Part shown: in pieces, positions 35,738 through 44,119 of the stretch
How positions within the stretch are numbered: position 1 is the first letter of the stretch
Layout: each line of letters begins with the position of its first letter
UHGV virus genome: UHGV-0155234
DNA from: a virus
Length of the DNA: 44,119 bases
Direction: 5' to 3' (one strand)
The notes under the pieces: generated by a model
What the model saw: only the letters and a program-made list of their open reading frames with translations
Databases searched by the model: none
Told to the model about the DNA's origin: nothing
Translations under genes and position numbers: made by a program

Positions 35738-35747
35738 CTACCCCTTT
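35716..35747 (-). terminator. Terminator of divergent HTH gene, possibly bidirectional
   Basis: AAAGGGGCAGTC-GAAT-GACTACCCCTTT with A tract on the left. Confidence 0.7.
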
Positions 35748-35750
35748 GCT

Positions 35751-35960
35751 TTATATTTCTTTCCCGTCCGGGAAAATAAAGCCGATATGTGGTTCTGCGC
35801 CAATGGCTTTCGCAATAACGCACCATTCTTCAACGGAGAATTTTCCGGTATTTAGGCGTTTGCTTAACAGCTGCGGAGACCAGTTCAGGCGGCGGGCAAG
35901 TTCTGATTTGCTCATCCCGGCGTAAGCCAGCGCCATATCAACCAATTGCTTAGCGGTCAT
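35751..35960 (-). CDS. Small XRE-like HTH regulator
   Basis: MSKSELARRLNWSPQLLSKRL; AAAGGGGTGA SD. Confidence 0.85.
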   Translation of the reverse strand: MTAKQLVDMALAYAGMSKSELARRLNWSPQLLSKRLNTGKFSVEEWCVIAKAIGAEPHIGFIFPDGKEI

Positions 35961-35981
35961 TGGATCACCCCTTTCGATCTG

Positions 35982-36093
35982 ATTGTAAACTATATGATTT
36001 TATTTGTCAAATAAAACTTTTCAAAAATATCCCAAAAAGTTCAAAATAATGGTTGACATTATAAACCAAATAGTTTATAACTACAACCGTAAG
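35982..36093. promoter_or_regulatory. Divergent sigma-A promoters sharing an operator
   Basis: Minus TTGACA-17-TACAAT (36010-35982); plus TTGACA-17-TATAAC (36053-81); both spacers carry ATAGTTTA half-site. Confidence 0.8.
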
Positions 36094-36123
36094 AACAAGC
36101 TGACAGGCAGAAAGGAAATTGAT

Positions 36124-36347
36124 ATGTACATCGGAAACAACTTCATGGTGTGTGGAACTTTTATAACAATTCTGCTCATAGCGAATACTTCATTGATGAG
36201 CAGAGTGCTCGGGATTATGCCAATCGGCTGTACGGTATGGAGAACACCAAGTCGGTGGAACTTCTCAAAAGACAGCGTGGCGGATATGTCACGGTAAAGA
36301 AAATCATTCGCCATCACGAAGGGGCTCAACATTGGGTATCGAAGTAA
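36124..36347 (+). pseudogene. Small moron gene, apparently frameshifted
   Basis: SD and ATG at 36124, but the protein-like frame (36150-36347) is offset at GGTGTGTGG. Confidence 0.4.
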
Positions 36348-36395
36348 GTACAGAAGCCGAAGGGCGGCGGCTAAACCGCCCGGAAAGGAAGCAAC

Positions 36396-36761
36396 ATGAA
36401 AGCAGTCAAGAAACCGTTTGTTGGTCAGTTGGTGCAGATTCCTGCGTTTGAATTTGCTCCGATGCGTTCCGGCTGGAACGGTTGGATTTTCCGGGTTGGT
36501 GTTATTGAAAAGCTGTACATTTCTAAGAGCGGGAGAAAATGCGCAAAGGTACGCTATTGCACCGGACGCGCCGGACGGTATCAGCTTCTTCCTTGCACCG
36601 AGTATTCCAAAGGATTCACTATTGAAAATGTATTCCAGTGGGACAATCTGTCGTTTAAGCAGAGAACTTATACCGAGTTTAAAGCAGCAGAGGACAGCGG
36701 CGAGCCTGTTTGTTGGGACGAAGATACAGCGTTTCTGCTCCAAAATGGATACATTCATTAA
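36396..36761 (+). CDS. Hypothetical moron protein
   Basis: GGAAAGGAAG SD; 121 aa. Confidence 0.75.
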   Translation: MKAVKKPFVGQLVQIPAFEFAPMRSGWNGWIFRVGVIEKLYISKSGRKCAKVRYCTGRAGRYQLLPCTEYSKGFTIENVFQWDNLSFKQRTYTEFKAAEDSGEPVCWDEDTAFLLQNGYIH

Positions 36762-36788
36762 GGTGAACGGGCTGAAAGGAGACAACAA

Positions 36789-36968
36789 ATGAAAGCTATC
36801 GACGCAGACAGACTTTATGAATTTTTCAAGGAACGGCGGCTTGAGCTTATTGAAGCTTGCAAATTAAACGGCGGCGGTACACAATTTTCCGCAGGGCGGC
36901 TTGCTGAAATGGGCAGGATCATGGGGATGCTTAAAAGCGAAAGATTCACGCCGACGGTGAAAGATTAG
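36789..36968 (+). CDS. Small hypothetical protein, 59 aa
   Basis: AAAGGAG SD; MKAIDADRLYEFFKERRLE... Confidence 0.65.
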   Translation: MKAIDADRLYEFFKERRLELIEACKLNGGGTQFSAGRLAEMGRIMGMLKSERFTPTVKD

Positions 36969-37040
36969 CCTAAAAAGCCAAAATCAAGTGCTATAATGGG
37001 TACACTCGAAAGAGCTGGAAGCGATTCCGGCTCTTTTTTG
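36966..37040 (+). promoter_or_regulatory. Probable late promoter followed by terminator-like hairpin
   Basis: Extended -10 TGCTATAAT (36989-97), no consensus -35; AAAGAGCTGGAA-GCGA-TTCCGGCTCTTT plus T run. Confidence 0.6.
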
Positions 37041-37066
37041 TTGGATGCGGAAAGGGAGGAACTGAA

Positions 37067-37801
37067 ATGGAACTTGTCAAAAAGCCGTTAAGGGAGATCT
37101 TCCCTTATGAAAAGAATCCCAGAAAGAATGATGATGCTGTGGCTTATGTCATGGAGAGCATTAAGCAGTGCACCTACGTTGCGCCTATCATTGTGGATGA
37201 GGACGGCGTGATCCTTGCCGGGCATACGAGATATAAGGCGTTGAAAAAGCTCGGCTATAAAGAAGCGGATGTTCTTATCAAAGAGGGGCTGACGGAGGAA
37301 CAGAAACGGAAATATCGGCTTCTAGACAACAAAACAAATGAGTTTGCCGAATGGGATGATGCGCTTTTATCGGAAGAACTTGCGGAGCTTGATTTCGAGG
37401 GCTTTGACTTCGGATTTTTTGAGGAAGAAAAAGAGAGCGAGCCTAACCAGTACAGCATGAAAGTCAATATTCCGCAGTATGAGCCGGACGGGATAAAGCC
37501 GAGCCTTGCCGACCTGTACAATACGGATAAGACGGACAGCCTCATCATGGAGATTGAGGCCGCAGACATCCTTCCTGAGCAGAAAGCGTTCCTTATTGCA
37601 GCGGCAAACCGGCATAATGTGTTCAATTACAGGAATATTGCGGAATACTATGCGAACTGTGCAAGCCCTGAAATGCAGGAACTGATGGAGCGTTCCGCAC
37701 TTGTCATCGTCGATATCGATAATGCCATTGCTAATGGGTTTGCCGAGCTGCTTGACGGCTTGGTAGAGTTAAAGGACGGTGAGGGCATTGACGAGGAGTG
37801 A
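37067..37801 (+). CDS. ParB/Srx-like N-domain fused to unknown helical domain
   Basis: PYEKNPRKND, PIIVDEDGVILAGHTRYKA, YRLLDNKTNE; distinct C-terminal ~120 aa. Confidence 0.85.
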   Translation: MELVKKPLREIFPYEKNPRKNDDAVAYVMESIKQCTYVAPIIVDEDGVILAGHTRYKALKKLGYKEADVLIKEGLTEEQKRKYRLLDNKTNEFAEWDDALLSEELAELDFEGFDFGFFEEEKESEPNQYSMKVNIPQYEPDGIKPSLADLYNTDKTDSLIMEIEAADILPEQKAFLIAAANRHNVFNYRNIAEYYANCASPEMQELMERSALVIVDIDNAIANGFAELLDGLVELKDGEGIDEE

Positions 37802-38660
37802 ATACCGCGAATCTTTTGCCGTTTTTATTCTAAGCCACGGCAGAGCTGACGAGATAAAGACAGTAAAGATGTTGAAAGACAGCGGATACACCGGAGACTG
37901 GTATGTTGTGATCGACAATGAGGACGACCAAGCCGACCAATATTTCTCCAAGTTCGGTGAGCATGTCATTCAGTTCGATAAAAAGGCTGTTGCGGATGAG
38001 ACGGACACCGGTGACACGGACAATGACCGCCGCGTTGGAGTGTTCGCAAGAAACAAGATACAAGACCTTGCCGAAGAGCGTGGCTTTAAATATCATTTGC
38101 AGCTCGACGATGATTTTACGAGGATCGATTTCAGATATGTAGAGGATGACAGGCTTGTTACAAAGGCTTGCCGAGACCTTGACACGCTTTTCTATTACCT
38201 TGTGCGTTACATCGACAAGACGGACATTGCATGGTTGTCCTTTACGCTATCGAGCGAATACCTTGGCGGGATCCGGGGGAAAAAGTATTTTCTGGGCTTG
38301 AACCCAAAGACAATGGGCTCGTTTCTGATGCGTGCGGATAAAAAGGTTAAATTCCGTATGCGCATGAATGACGATATCACCACGACGATAGATGAAGCAA
38401 GCCGGGGGCTGCTGATGTATTCTGTTATGTACTTACAGGTACAGACGCCGCCGACACAGCATATGCGTGGTGGAATGACGGACATATATCAGGACAACGG
38501 GACGTACCGGAAGAGCTTTTACAGTGTGATGTGCTGCCCATCGTTCGTGAAAATCGCAAAGCAGGGCAGAATCAATTTCCGCATCCATCACAAGATCAGT
38601 TGGAACAACTGCCGCCCGAAGCTGGTGAACGAAAAATGGAAAAAAACTACGATTACTTAA
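37779..38660 (+). CDS. GT-A fold glycosyltransferase (GREB1/TAGT-like)
   Basis: VFILSHGRA, ARN, LQLDDD, MNDD, GGMTDIY, KSFYSV, RIHHKISW; start 37779 or 37788. Confidence 0.75.
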   Translation: MRALTRSEYRESFAVFILSHGRADEIKTVKMLKDSGYTGDWYVVIDNEDDQADQYFSKFGEHVIQFDKKAVADETDTGDTDNDRRVGVFARNKIQDLAEERGFKYHLQLDDDFTRIDFRYVEDDRLVTKACRDLDTLFYYLVRYIDKTDIAWLSFTLSSEYLGGIRGKKYFLGLNPKTMGSFLMRADKKVKFRMRMNDDITTTIDEASRGLLMYSVMYLQVQTPPTQHMRGGMTDIYQDNGTYRKSFYSVMCCPSFVKIAKQGRINFRIHHKISWNNCRPKLVNEKWKKTTIT

Positions 38661-39745
38661 TAGTTGGAACAGGGCTTGCAGGCTCTGTTTTTGCGTATAT
38701 GGTGACAAAGGCCGGAAAGTCCTGCATTGCCGTGGATCGGCGCGACCATATCGGCGGAAACTGCTACCAAGAAAATGTTGAGGGTATCGCAGTTCATAAA
38801 TACGGAGCGCACATCTTCCGCACGAACAACGACGAGGTATGGAAATTCGTCAACCAGTTCGTTCATTTCAACAATTTCATTAACAGCCCACTTGCCTGTT
38901 ACGCAGGGCGGTGTTATAACCTCCCGTTTAACATGAACACGTTCCGGCAGTTGTGGGGTGTGAATTTCCCTTTTCAGGCGAAAGCGGAGATCAACCGCCA
39001 GAGACTTGTGCTTGACCATGAAGCGAAGAATCTAGAAGAACACGCGCTGTCGCTTGTTGGAGAAGACATCTATAAGATGTTTATCCGAGGGTACACCGAA
39101 AAGCAATGGGGCAAGCCGTGTTCCGAACTTCCGCCGGATATAATGCGGCGTATCCCAGTTCGGTATACGGCGGACAATAATTATTACAATGCGAAATATC
39201 AGGGCATCCCTATTGAGGGGTATAACAAACTCATTGAATCGCTGTTAAACGGTACAGACGTAGCCCTAAATACATCCTTTGAAGAAGCAAAGGAGAAGTA
39301 TAAGGCAAAGAAGATCGTTTATACTGGCGCGCTCGATGAGCTTTACGGATATGAGTATGGCGAACTCCCGTGGCGAAGCCTGCGCTTTGATCAAATGACG
39401 GTTGATATAGACAACTATCAAGGTGTGGCTGTAGTAAATTACACCGAGAGCAGAATCCCCCATACTAGGGTTATAGAGCATAAGCACTTCGTTTTTGACA
39501 CAGAAAGCCCGAAAACCGTATTGACAATCGAATATCCTGACGCATGGGAACGAGGGAAAGAACCTTTTTATTCTGTCAATAACGCAGAGAGCGAAGCCCT
39601 GTACCAGAAATACCGGTCGAGAGCGGAAAAGGACGGTCTAATCGTTTGTGGCCGTTTGGGTGATTATAGATATTATGACATGTCCGAAACCATAGAGAGC
39701 GTTCTCGCGTTGTCTACGAGGTGCTTATATGGCGAAGACTGCTGA
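38636..39745 (+). CDS. glf: UDP-galactopyranose mutase
   Basis: IVGTGLAG, HIGGNCY, HKYGAHIF, LPFNMNTF, GYTEKQWG, YQGIP, TRVIEHKHF, GRLGDYRYYDM. Confidence 0.95.
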   Translation: MEKNYDYLIVGTGLAGSVFAYMVTKAGKSCIAVDRRDHIGGNCYQENVEGIAVHKYGAHIFRTNNDEVWKFVNQFVHFNNFINSPLACYAGRCYNLPFNMNTFRQLWGVNFPFQAKAEINRQRLVLDHEAKNLEEHALSLVGEDIYKMFIRGYTEKQWGKPCSELPPDIMRRIPVRYTADNNYYNAKYQGIPIEGYNKLIESLLNGTDVALNTSFEEAKEKYKAKKIVYTGALDELYGYEYGELPWRSLRFDQMTVDIDNYQGVAVVNYTESRIPHTRVIEHKHFVFDTESPKTVLTIEYPDAWERGKEPFYSVNNAESEALYQKYRSRAEKDGLIVCGRLGDYRYYDMSETIESVLALSTRCLYGEDC

Positions 39746-40115
39746 ACAGCTTGGAGCGTTTAACAAATATCTGAATAAGCAGCCCAACGGGAAAGGCCGA
39801 CCGAGCCTTGTTTTGAGTGTCGAGGGTAAGCAACTGGTCGAGATGCTGTCCAAATACATGTGCACAGATGAAGAAATGGCCGGGGAGCTTGGCACAACGG
39901 TAGAAACGCTGCATAACAAGAACAACCGCGAAACATTCTTAGACTGCAAAAAAAGAGGACAGGCCAGAGGCAAAGTAAGCTTGCGCCGTAACCAGATGAA
40001 GCTATCGGAAACAAATGCGACAATGGCGATATGGCTTGGCAAACAAGTTCTCGGACAGAAAGACTATCCTGATCCGGAGGTTGATAGAGGGGCGGTCATT
40101 GAATGGGACATATAA
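39729..40115 (+). CDS. Terminase small subunit
   Basis: CTDEEMA HTH, SLRRNQ..ATMAIWLGKQVLGQ; precedes TerL. Confidence 0.8.
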   Translation: MAKTAEQLGAFNKYLNKQPNGKGRPSLVLSVEGKQLVEMLSKYMCTDEEMAGELGTTVETLHNKNNRETFLDCKKRGQARGKVSLRRNQMKLSETNATMAIWLGKQVLGQKDYPDPEVDRGAVIEWDI

Positions 40116-41341
40116 AAATGTCAGAAATGCTTGCCCCTGTATTCTATGACTTTGCGAAAGATGTTATGCGTCACGGGCATACGCATTATGATATTCGCGG
40201 CGGTCGAGGGAGCCTGAAATCGTCAACCGTATCCCTGCTTGTGCCACAGTTGTTGATTGCCAATCCAAATACTCATGCGCTGGTGCTTCGTAAGGTCGCA
40301 AACACTTTGCGAGACAGTGTGTTTAACCAATATATGTGGGCGATTGCCGAGCTTGGTATGGCCGGGCTATGGTACGCAAAGGTCAGCCCAATGGAAATCA
40401 TCTACCGACCGACCGGGCAAAAGATCATGTTCCGTGGTGCAGACGACCCGATGAAGATCAAGTCGATTAAGGTACCGTTCGGGTATATTGCCGTTACGCA
40501 CTTTGAGGAAAAAGATCAGTTTTCCGGCAGGGCGGAGATACGAACAATTTTGCAGTCCACGATGCGCGGTGGGGACAAGTTCTGGAATTTCGAGAGCTAC
40601 AACCCGCCTATCAGCCGCGATAACTGGGCGAATGTTGACAGCGCCGAAGACAAGCCGAACCGGTTGTGCCACATAAGCACCTATCTTGACGCGCCTAAGA
40701 GTTGGCTCGGCGAGGAGTTCATAAACGAAGCCGAATACCTCAAACATACCGATGAAAGAGCGTACCAACACGAATACCTTGGTTTGCCGGTAGGCACGGG
40801 CGGCAACGTATTTGACAAGTTGGAGCTTCGAGAAATTACCGACGACGAAGTAAAGCGGTTTGACAGGATTTATCAAGGCATTGACTTTGGTTGGTATCCT
40901 GATCCGTTTTGCTTTGTCCGCATCTACTATGACGTTGCCAGAGAAACGCTATATCTGATTGATGAGCATTACGTCAATAAGACGAGCAACGAAGATAATG
41001 CCGCATGGATACGCGAACACCATTATAATGATTTCCCGATTACGTGCGACAGCGCGGAGCCGAAAAGTATCGTGGACTTTCGCGCGAGTGGAGTAGATGC
41101 GAGATCGGCAATAAAGGGGCCGGGAAGCGTTGAATACGGTATGAAATGGCTGCAACGCCGAAAGATCGTTATTGATAAACGCAGGACGCCGAATGCATAC
41201 AAAGAGATCGTCGGCTATGAGTATGAGCGAAACAAAGACGGCGAGATCATCAGCGGATACCCAGATAAAAACAACCACGCAATAGACGCTATCCGGTATG
41301 GGATGGAACCGGCATATAGACTGTACGGAGTGAGAGCATGA
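40103..41341 (+). CDS. Terminase large subunit (PBSX family)
   Basis: GGRGSLKS, FRGADDPMKIKS, SYNPP, GIDFG, DSAEPKSI, NHAIDAIRY. Confidence 0.95.
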   Translation: MGHIKMSEMLAPVFYDFAKDVMRHGHTHYDIRGGRGSLKSSTVSLLVPQLLIANPNTHALVLRKVANTLRDSVFNQYMWAIAELGMAGLWYAKVSPMEIIYRPTGQKIMFRGADDPMKIKSIKVPFGYIAVTHFEEKDQFSGRAEIRTILQSTMRGGDKFWNFESYNPPISRDNWANVDSAEDKPNRLCHISTYLDAPKSWLGEEFINEAEYLKHTDERAYQHEYLGLPVGTGGNVFDKLELREITDDEVKRFDRIYQGIDFGWYPDPFCFVRIYYDVARETLYLIDEHYVNKTSNEDNAAWIREHHYNDFPITCDSAEPKSIVDFRASGVDARSAIKGPGSVEYGMKWLQRRKIVIDKRRTPNAYKEIVGYEYERNKDGEIISGYPDKNNHAIDAIRYGMEPAYRLYGVRA

Positions 41342-42753
41342 ACATATACGAAGTTTTGCGGAAAAAGGGATATACCACTATCCCGGAAAGTTTTTATACT
41401 TATATCGCTAATTGGCAGAGTTGGTATGATGGCTGTGTAAAGTCGTTTCATAATTATAAAGTATGGAATGGCATGAAATTTATAAAATGCAGCCGGTATT
41501 CGCTCGGCATGGCGAAAAAGGTATGCGAGGATTGGGCGAACTTGCTATTGAACGAGAAATGCAAAATAACCCTTGAAGGCAAGAAAGAACAGGATTTTAT
41601 TGATTCTGTTTTTATTCGCAACAACTTTTCCGTAAAGGCTAATGAAATGCAGGAGATCAAGGCGGCGCGCGGAACGGTTGCGTATGTTCCAACTGTCGTT
41701 AATGCCTCTGTGGACGTAAACACGGGCGAGGTAAACGCGAGCGGCGGAGAGATACGAATTGATTATGTGCCCGCTGATCTCATCCTACCGCTGACTTGGG
41801 AAAACGGCATAGTCAGCGACTGCGCGTTTGGCTCTCACAAGTCCGTTGAGAAAGACACATACCTTTATATCTGCATCCATAAGCGAACTGGAGAGGGAAA
41901 ATACGATATCGAAAACCTTCTTTTCCGCGACACAAAGGGCAGTCTATTAGAGGTAAACCTTGCGGATGTTCCGGGTTTTGAAAACATCGCTCCCATTGTC
42001 CATACTGATTTTACACAGCGGATGTTCGTTATTGACCGGCTGAACATTGTTAACAACGTTGATGCAACGCTACCGATGGGAATTTCGGTGTTTGCGAATG
42101 CCATAGATCAGATAAAGGGCGTAGACATAGCTTACGACAGCTACGTCAACGAATTTCTGCTTGGCAAAAAGCGCATTATGGTGCAGCCGCAGGCGACAAA
42201 GACAATAGAGGGCGAACCTCTGTTTGATCCGAATGACGCCGTTTTCCATGTTTTACCGGCGGACGGGCTCGGGAAGGAAGTTGTTAAAGAAATCGACATG
42301 AAGCTCCGCGCGGCAGAGCATAATGCCGGTATTCAGGATATGTTGAATCTTCTTTCGAGCAAGTGCGGATTTGGCGAGAACCATTACAAATACGACAATG
42401 GCAACGTCTCCACAGCGACGCAGATTATAAGCGAAAACTCCGAGATGTTCCGCACGATCAAGAAGCACGAGATCATCCTTGAAGGCGTTCTCATTGAGCT
42501 GTGCCGCGTTCTTCTCCGAATGGGCAACGCTTATATGAACGCTGGGCTGAATGAGGACGTTGAGATCACGGTTGATTTCGACGATTCCATCATTGAGGAC
42601 AAAGAGACTGACTTTAACCGCGATTCCCGTATGGTGCAGATGGGAATCATGAATAACTGGGAGTTCCGCGCTAAGTGGATGAACGAGGACGAGGCGACGG
42701 CAAAAGCCGCCCTGCCGAAGATGGAGAGCCTTGTATCGGGCGAAAATGAATGA
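41338..42753 (+). CDS. Portal protein
   Basis: MAKKVCEDWANLL, GISVFANA, TATQIISE, VDFDDSII. Confidence 0.92.
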   Translation: MNIYEVLRKKGYTTIPESFYTYIANWQSWYDGCVKSFHNYKVWNGMKFIKCSRYSLGMAKKVCEDWANLLLNEKCKITLEGKKEQDFIDSVFIRNNFSVKANEMQEIKAARGTVAYVPTVVNASVDVNTGEVNASGGEIRIDYVPADLILPLTWENGIVSDCAFGSHKSVEKDTYLYICIHKRTGEGKYDIENLLFRDTKGSLLEVNLADVPGFENIAPIVHTDFTQRMFVIDRLNIVNNVDATLPMGISVFANAIDQIKGVDIAYDSYVNEFLLGKKRIMVQPQATKTIEGEPLFDPNDAVFHVLPADGLGKEVVKEIDMKLRAAEHNAGIQDMLNLLSSKCGFGENHYKYDNGNVSTATQIISENSEMFRTIKKHEIILEGVLIELCRVLLRMGNAYMNAGLNEDVEITVDFDDSIIEDKETDFNRDSRMVQMGIMNNWEFRAKWMNEDEATAKAALPKMESLVSGENE

Positions 42754-43979
42754 AATACCCGATCACGCCGGAGTTCATGTACTCCCTGCCCCTGCCGCTT
42801 ATGCGGCTATATCAGCGTTTAGAAGAACAAATCCTTGAGGATATATGCTCCCGCGTTGCCATGACCGGGGAAATGACGGAGACGGCGATAGAGCATATAC
42901 GGTCTTTGCAGCGGCGTGGATACGACTACAAGAAAATCAACGAGTATATCCGAAAGACCCTAAAGCTCACACAGAGCGAGTTTGACACCGTATGGAACAA
43001 GGCCGTCCAACGAAACCAGCAGTATTTTGATACGCTGATCGACGACAACCTCATTCTCGGCGAAAACAACTTCAATGCTGACCTGTTCGTTCAGGAAATC
43101 AACGCCATTGAGATGCAGACGCTTGGAGAGCTGACGAACATTACCCGAAGCATGGGCTTTGCGTACCGAGCGCCGGACGGAACGGTAAAGGTCGATGATA
43201 TAGGCAGGATGTACCGGCGCGTCCTTGATGATGCTTTGATGCGCGTGGAGAGCGGGCAGAGCTATAACGTGGCGATCCGTGACGCAACGAAGATGCTGAC
43301 GGACAGCGGCTTGCAGTACGTTGACTATGAATCCGGCTGGCATAACCGTATTGACGTTGCCGCCCGCAGAGCCGTTATGACAGGCGTTACCCAGCTTTCC
43401 CGACAGTACACCGAGCAGACGGCGACGTTGCTTGACACGCCATACAGAGAGGTTACGGCGCACCGTGGGGCGCGAGACGGAGAGGGTAAAACGCCATGGG
43501 CGAGCCATAAGAAATGGCAGGGGCGCGTTTATTCCGTCCGTACCGGCGATATTTACCCGTCTATATATGAGGTCTGCGGTCTTGACGAGGTGGACGGCTT
43601 GTGCGGCGCTAACTGCCGCCATATGTACCACATCTGGATCGAGGGCGTTTCCGAGCGGACATACACCGATGAGGAATTGGAGAACATCGACCCGCCGCCT
43701 TTTGAGTTTGAGGGCAAGCAGTACACCTTTTACGAGGCGACACAAAAGCAAAGGCAGGTCGAGGCGTCGCTCCGTAAAGTTAAACGCGAGCTGATAGCCG
43801 CCAAAGTGCGTGGAGATGACGAGGAGTATACCACCAAGGCAGTGCGGTATCGTCGTCTCAACGAGGAATATGAGGCGTTCAGCAAGGCGGCAGGACTACG
43901 TCCACAATACGAGCGAGGGAACATCGCGGAGTTCGGGCAGAAGGAAGCACGAGAGGCGAAGAAAGCAGCCAATAAATAA
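42750..43979 (+). CDS. Minor capsid protein (Phage_min_cap2-like)
   Basis: DVAARRAVMTG, HRGAR..HKKWQG, GLCGANCRH, YEATQKQR. Confidence 0.88.
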   Translation: MKYPITPEFMYSLPLPLMRLYQRLEEQILEDICSRVAMTGEMTETAIEHIRSLQRRGYDYKKINEYIRKTLKLTQSEFDTVWNKAVQRNQQYFDTLIDDNLILGENNFNADLFVQEINAIEMQTLGELTNITRSMGFAYRAPDGTVKVDDIGRMYRRVLDDALMRVESGQSYNVAIRDATKMLTDSGLQYVDYESGWHNRIDVAARRAVMTGVTQLSRQYTEQTATLLDTPYREVTAHRGARDGEGKTPWASHKKWQGRVYSVRTGDIYPSIYEVCGLDEVDGLCGANCRHMYHIWIEGVSERTYTDEELENIDPPPFEFEGKQYTFYEATQKQRQVEASLRKVKRELIAAKVRGDDEEYTTKAVRYRRLNEEYEAFSKAAGLRPQYERGNIAEFGQKEAREAKKAANK

Positions 43980-44119
43980 ACCAACGATAAAAGCATAACA
44001 GAGAGCGCCGCCTGACCTTGTGGCGGGTACAGAAATAACGGTCTTGCTTCGGCAGGGGTTTCCTTCCTTTCCCCCTGTCTTGCCCCTGCGGAGGGGGATA
44101 CAAAAACCGCGTCGCTACT

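Noticed and set aside
36081..36788. 235-aa minus-strand ORF
   Set aside because: Opposes SD-led plus genes under a strong promoter; no motifs.
43980..44119. tRNA or hammerhead ribozyme
   Set aside because: No cloverleaf with a TTCGA T-arm and no CTGATGA/GAAA core found by eye.

Overview
The window looks like a complete, circularly permuted ~44 kb temperate siphovirus genome from a Firmicutes host, probably a gut Clostridia/Oscillospiraceae-type host (inferred from sigma-A promoters, strong SD sites and gene families). Order: scaffold, capsid with Ig-like domain, head-tail and tail genes (0.1-12 kb); lysis (12-13.3 kb); an HTH-led accessory cluster of five uncharacterised genes with its own RNA switch (13.4-16.2 kb); small promoter-driven morons and ardC (16.2-18.2 kb); an intact attP-like site, serine integrase and immunity region (18.2-22.1 kb); early recombination/replication genes (22-35.7 kb); a second moron (35.7-37 kb); a ParB-like / GT-A glycosyltransferase / UDP-galactopyranose mutase cassette directly before terminase, portal and minor capsid genes (37-44 kb). 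Best leads: (1) the glf-containing cassette, a candidate galactofuranose DNA or virion modification system; (2) the post-lysis five-gene module; (3) a ~234-nt antisense RNA closed by a 28-bp stem; (4) a three-promoter regulon linking two distant morons. All protein calls come from motif recognition and gene context, not database searches.
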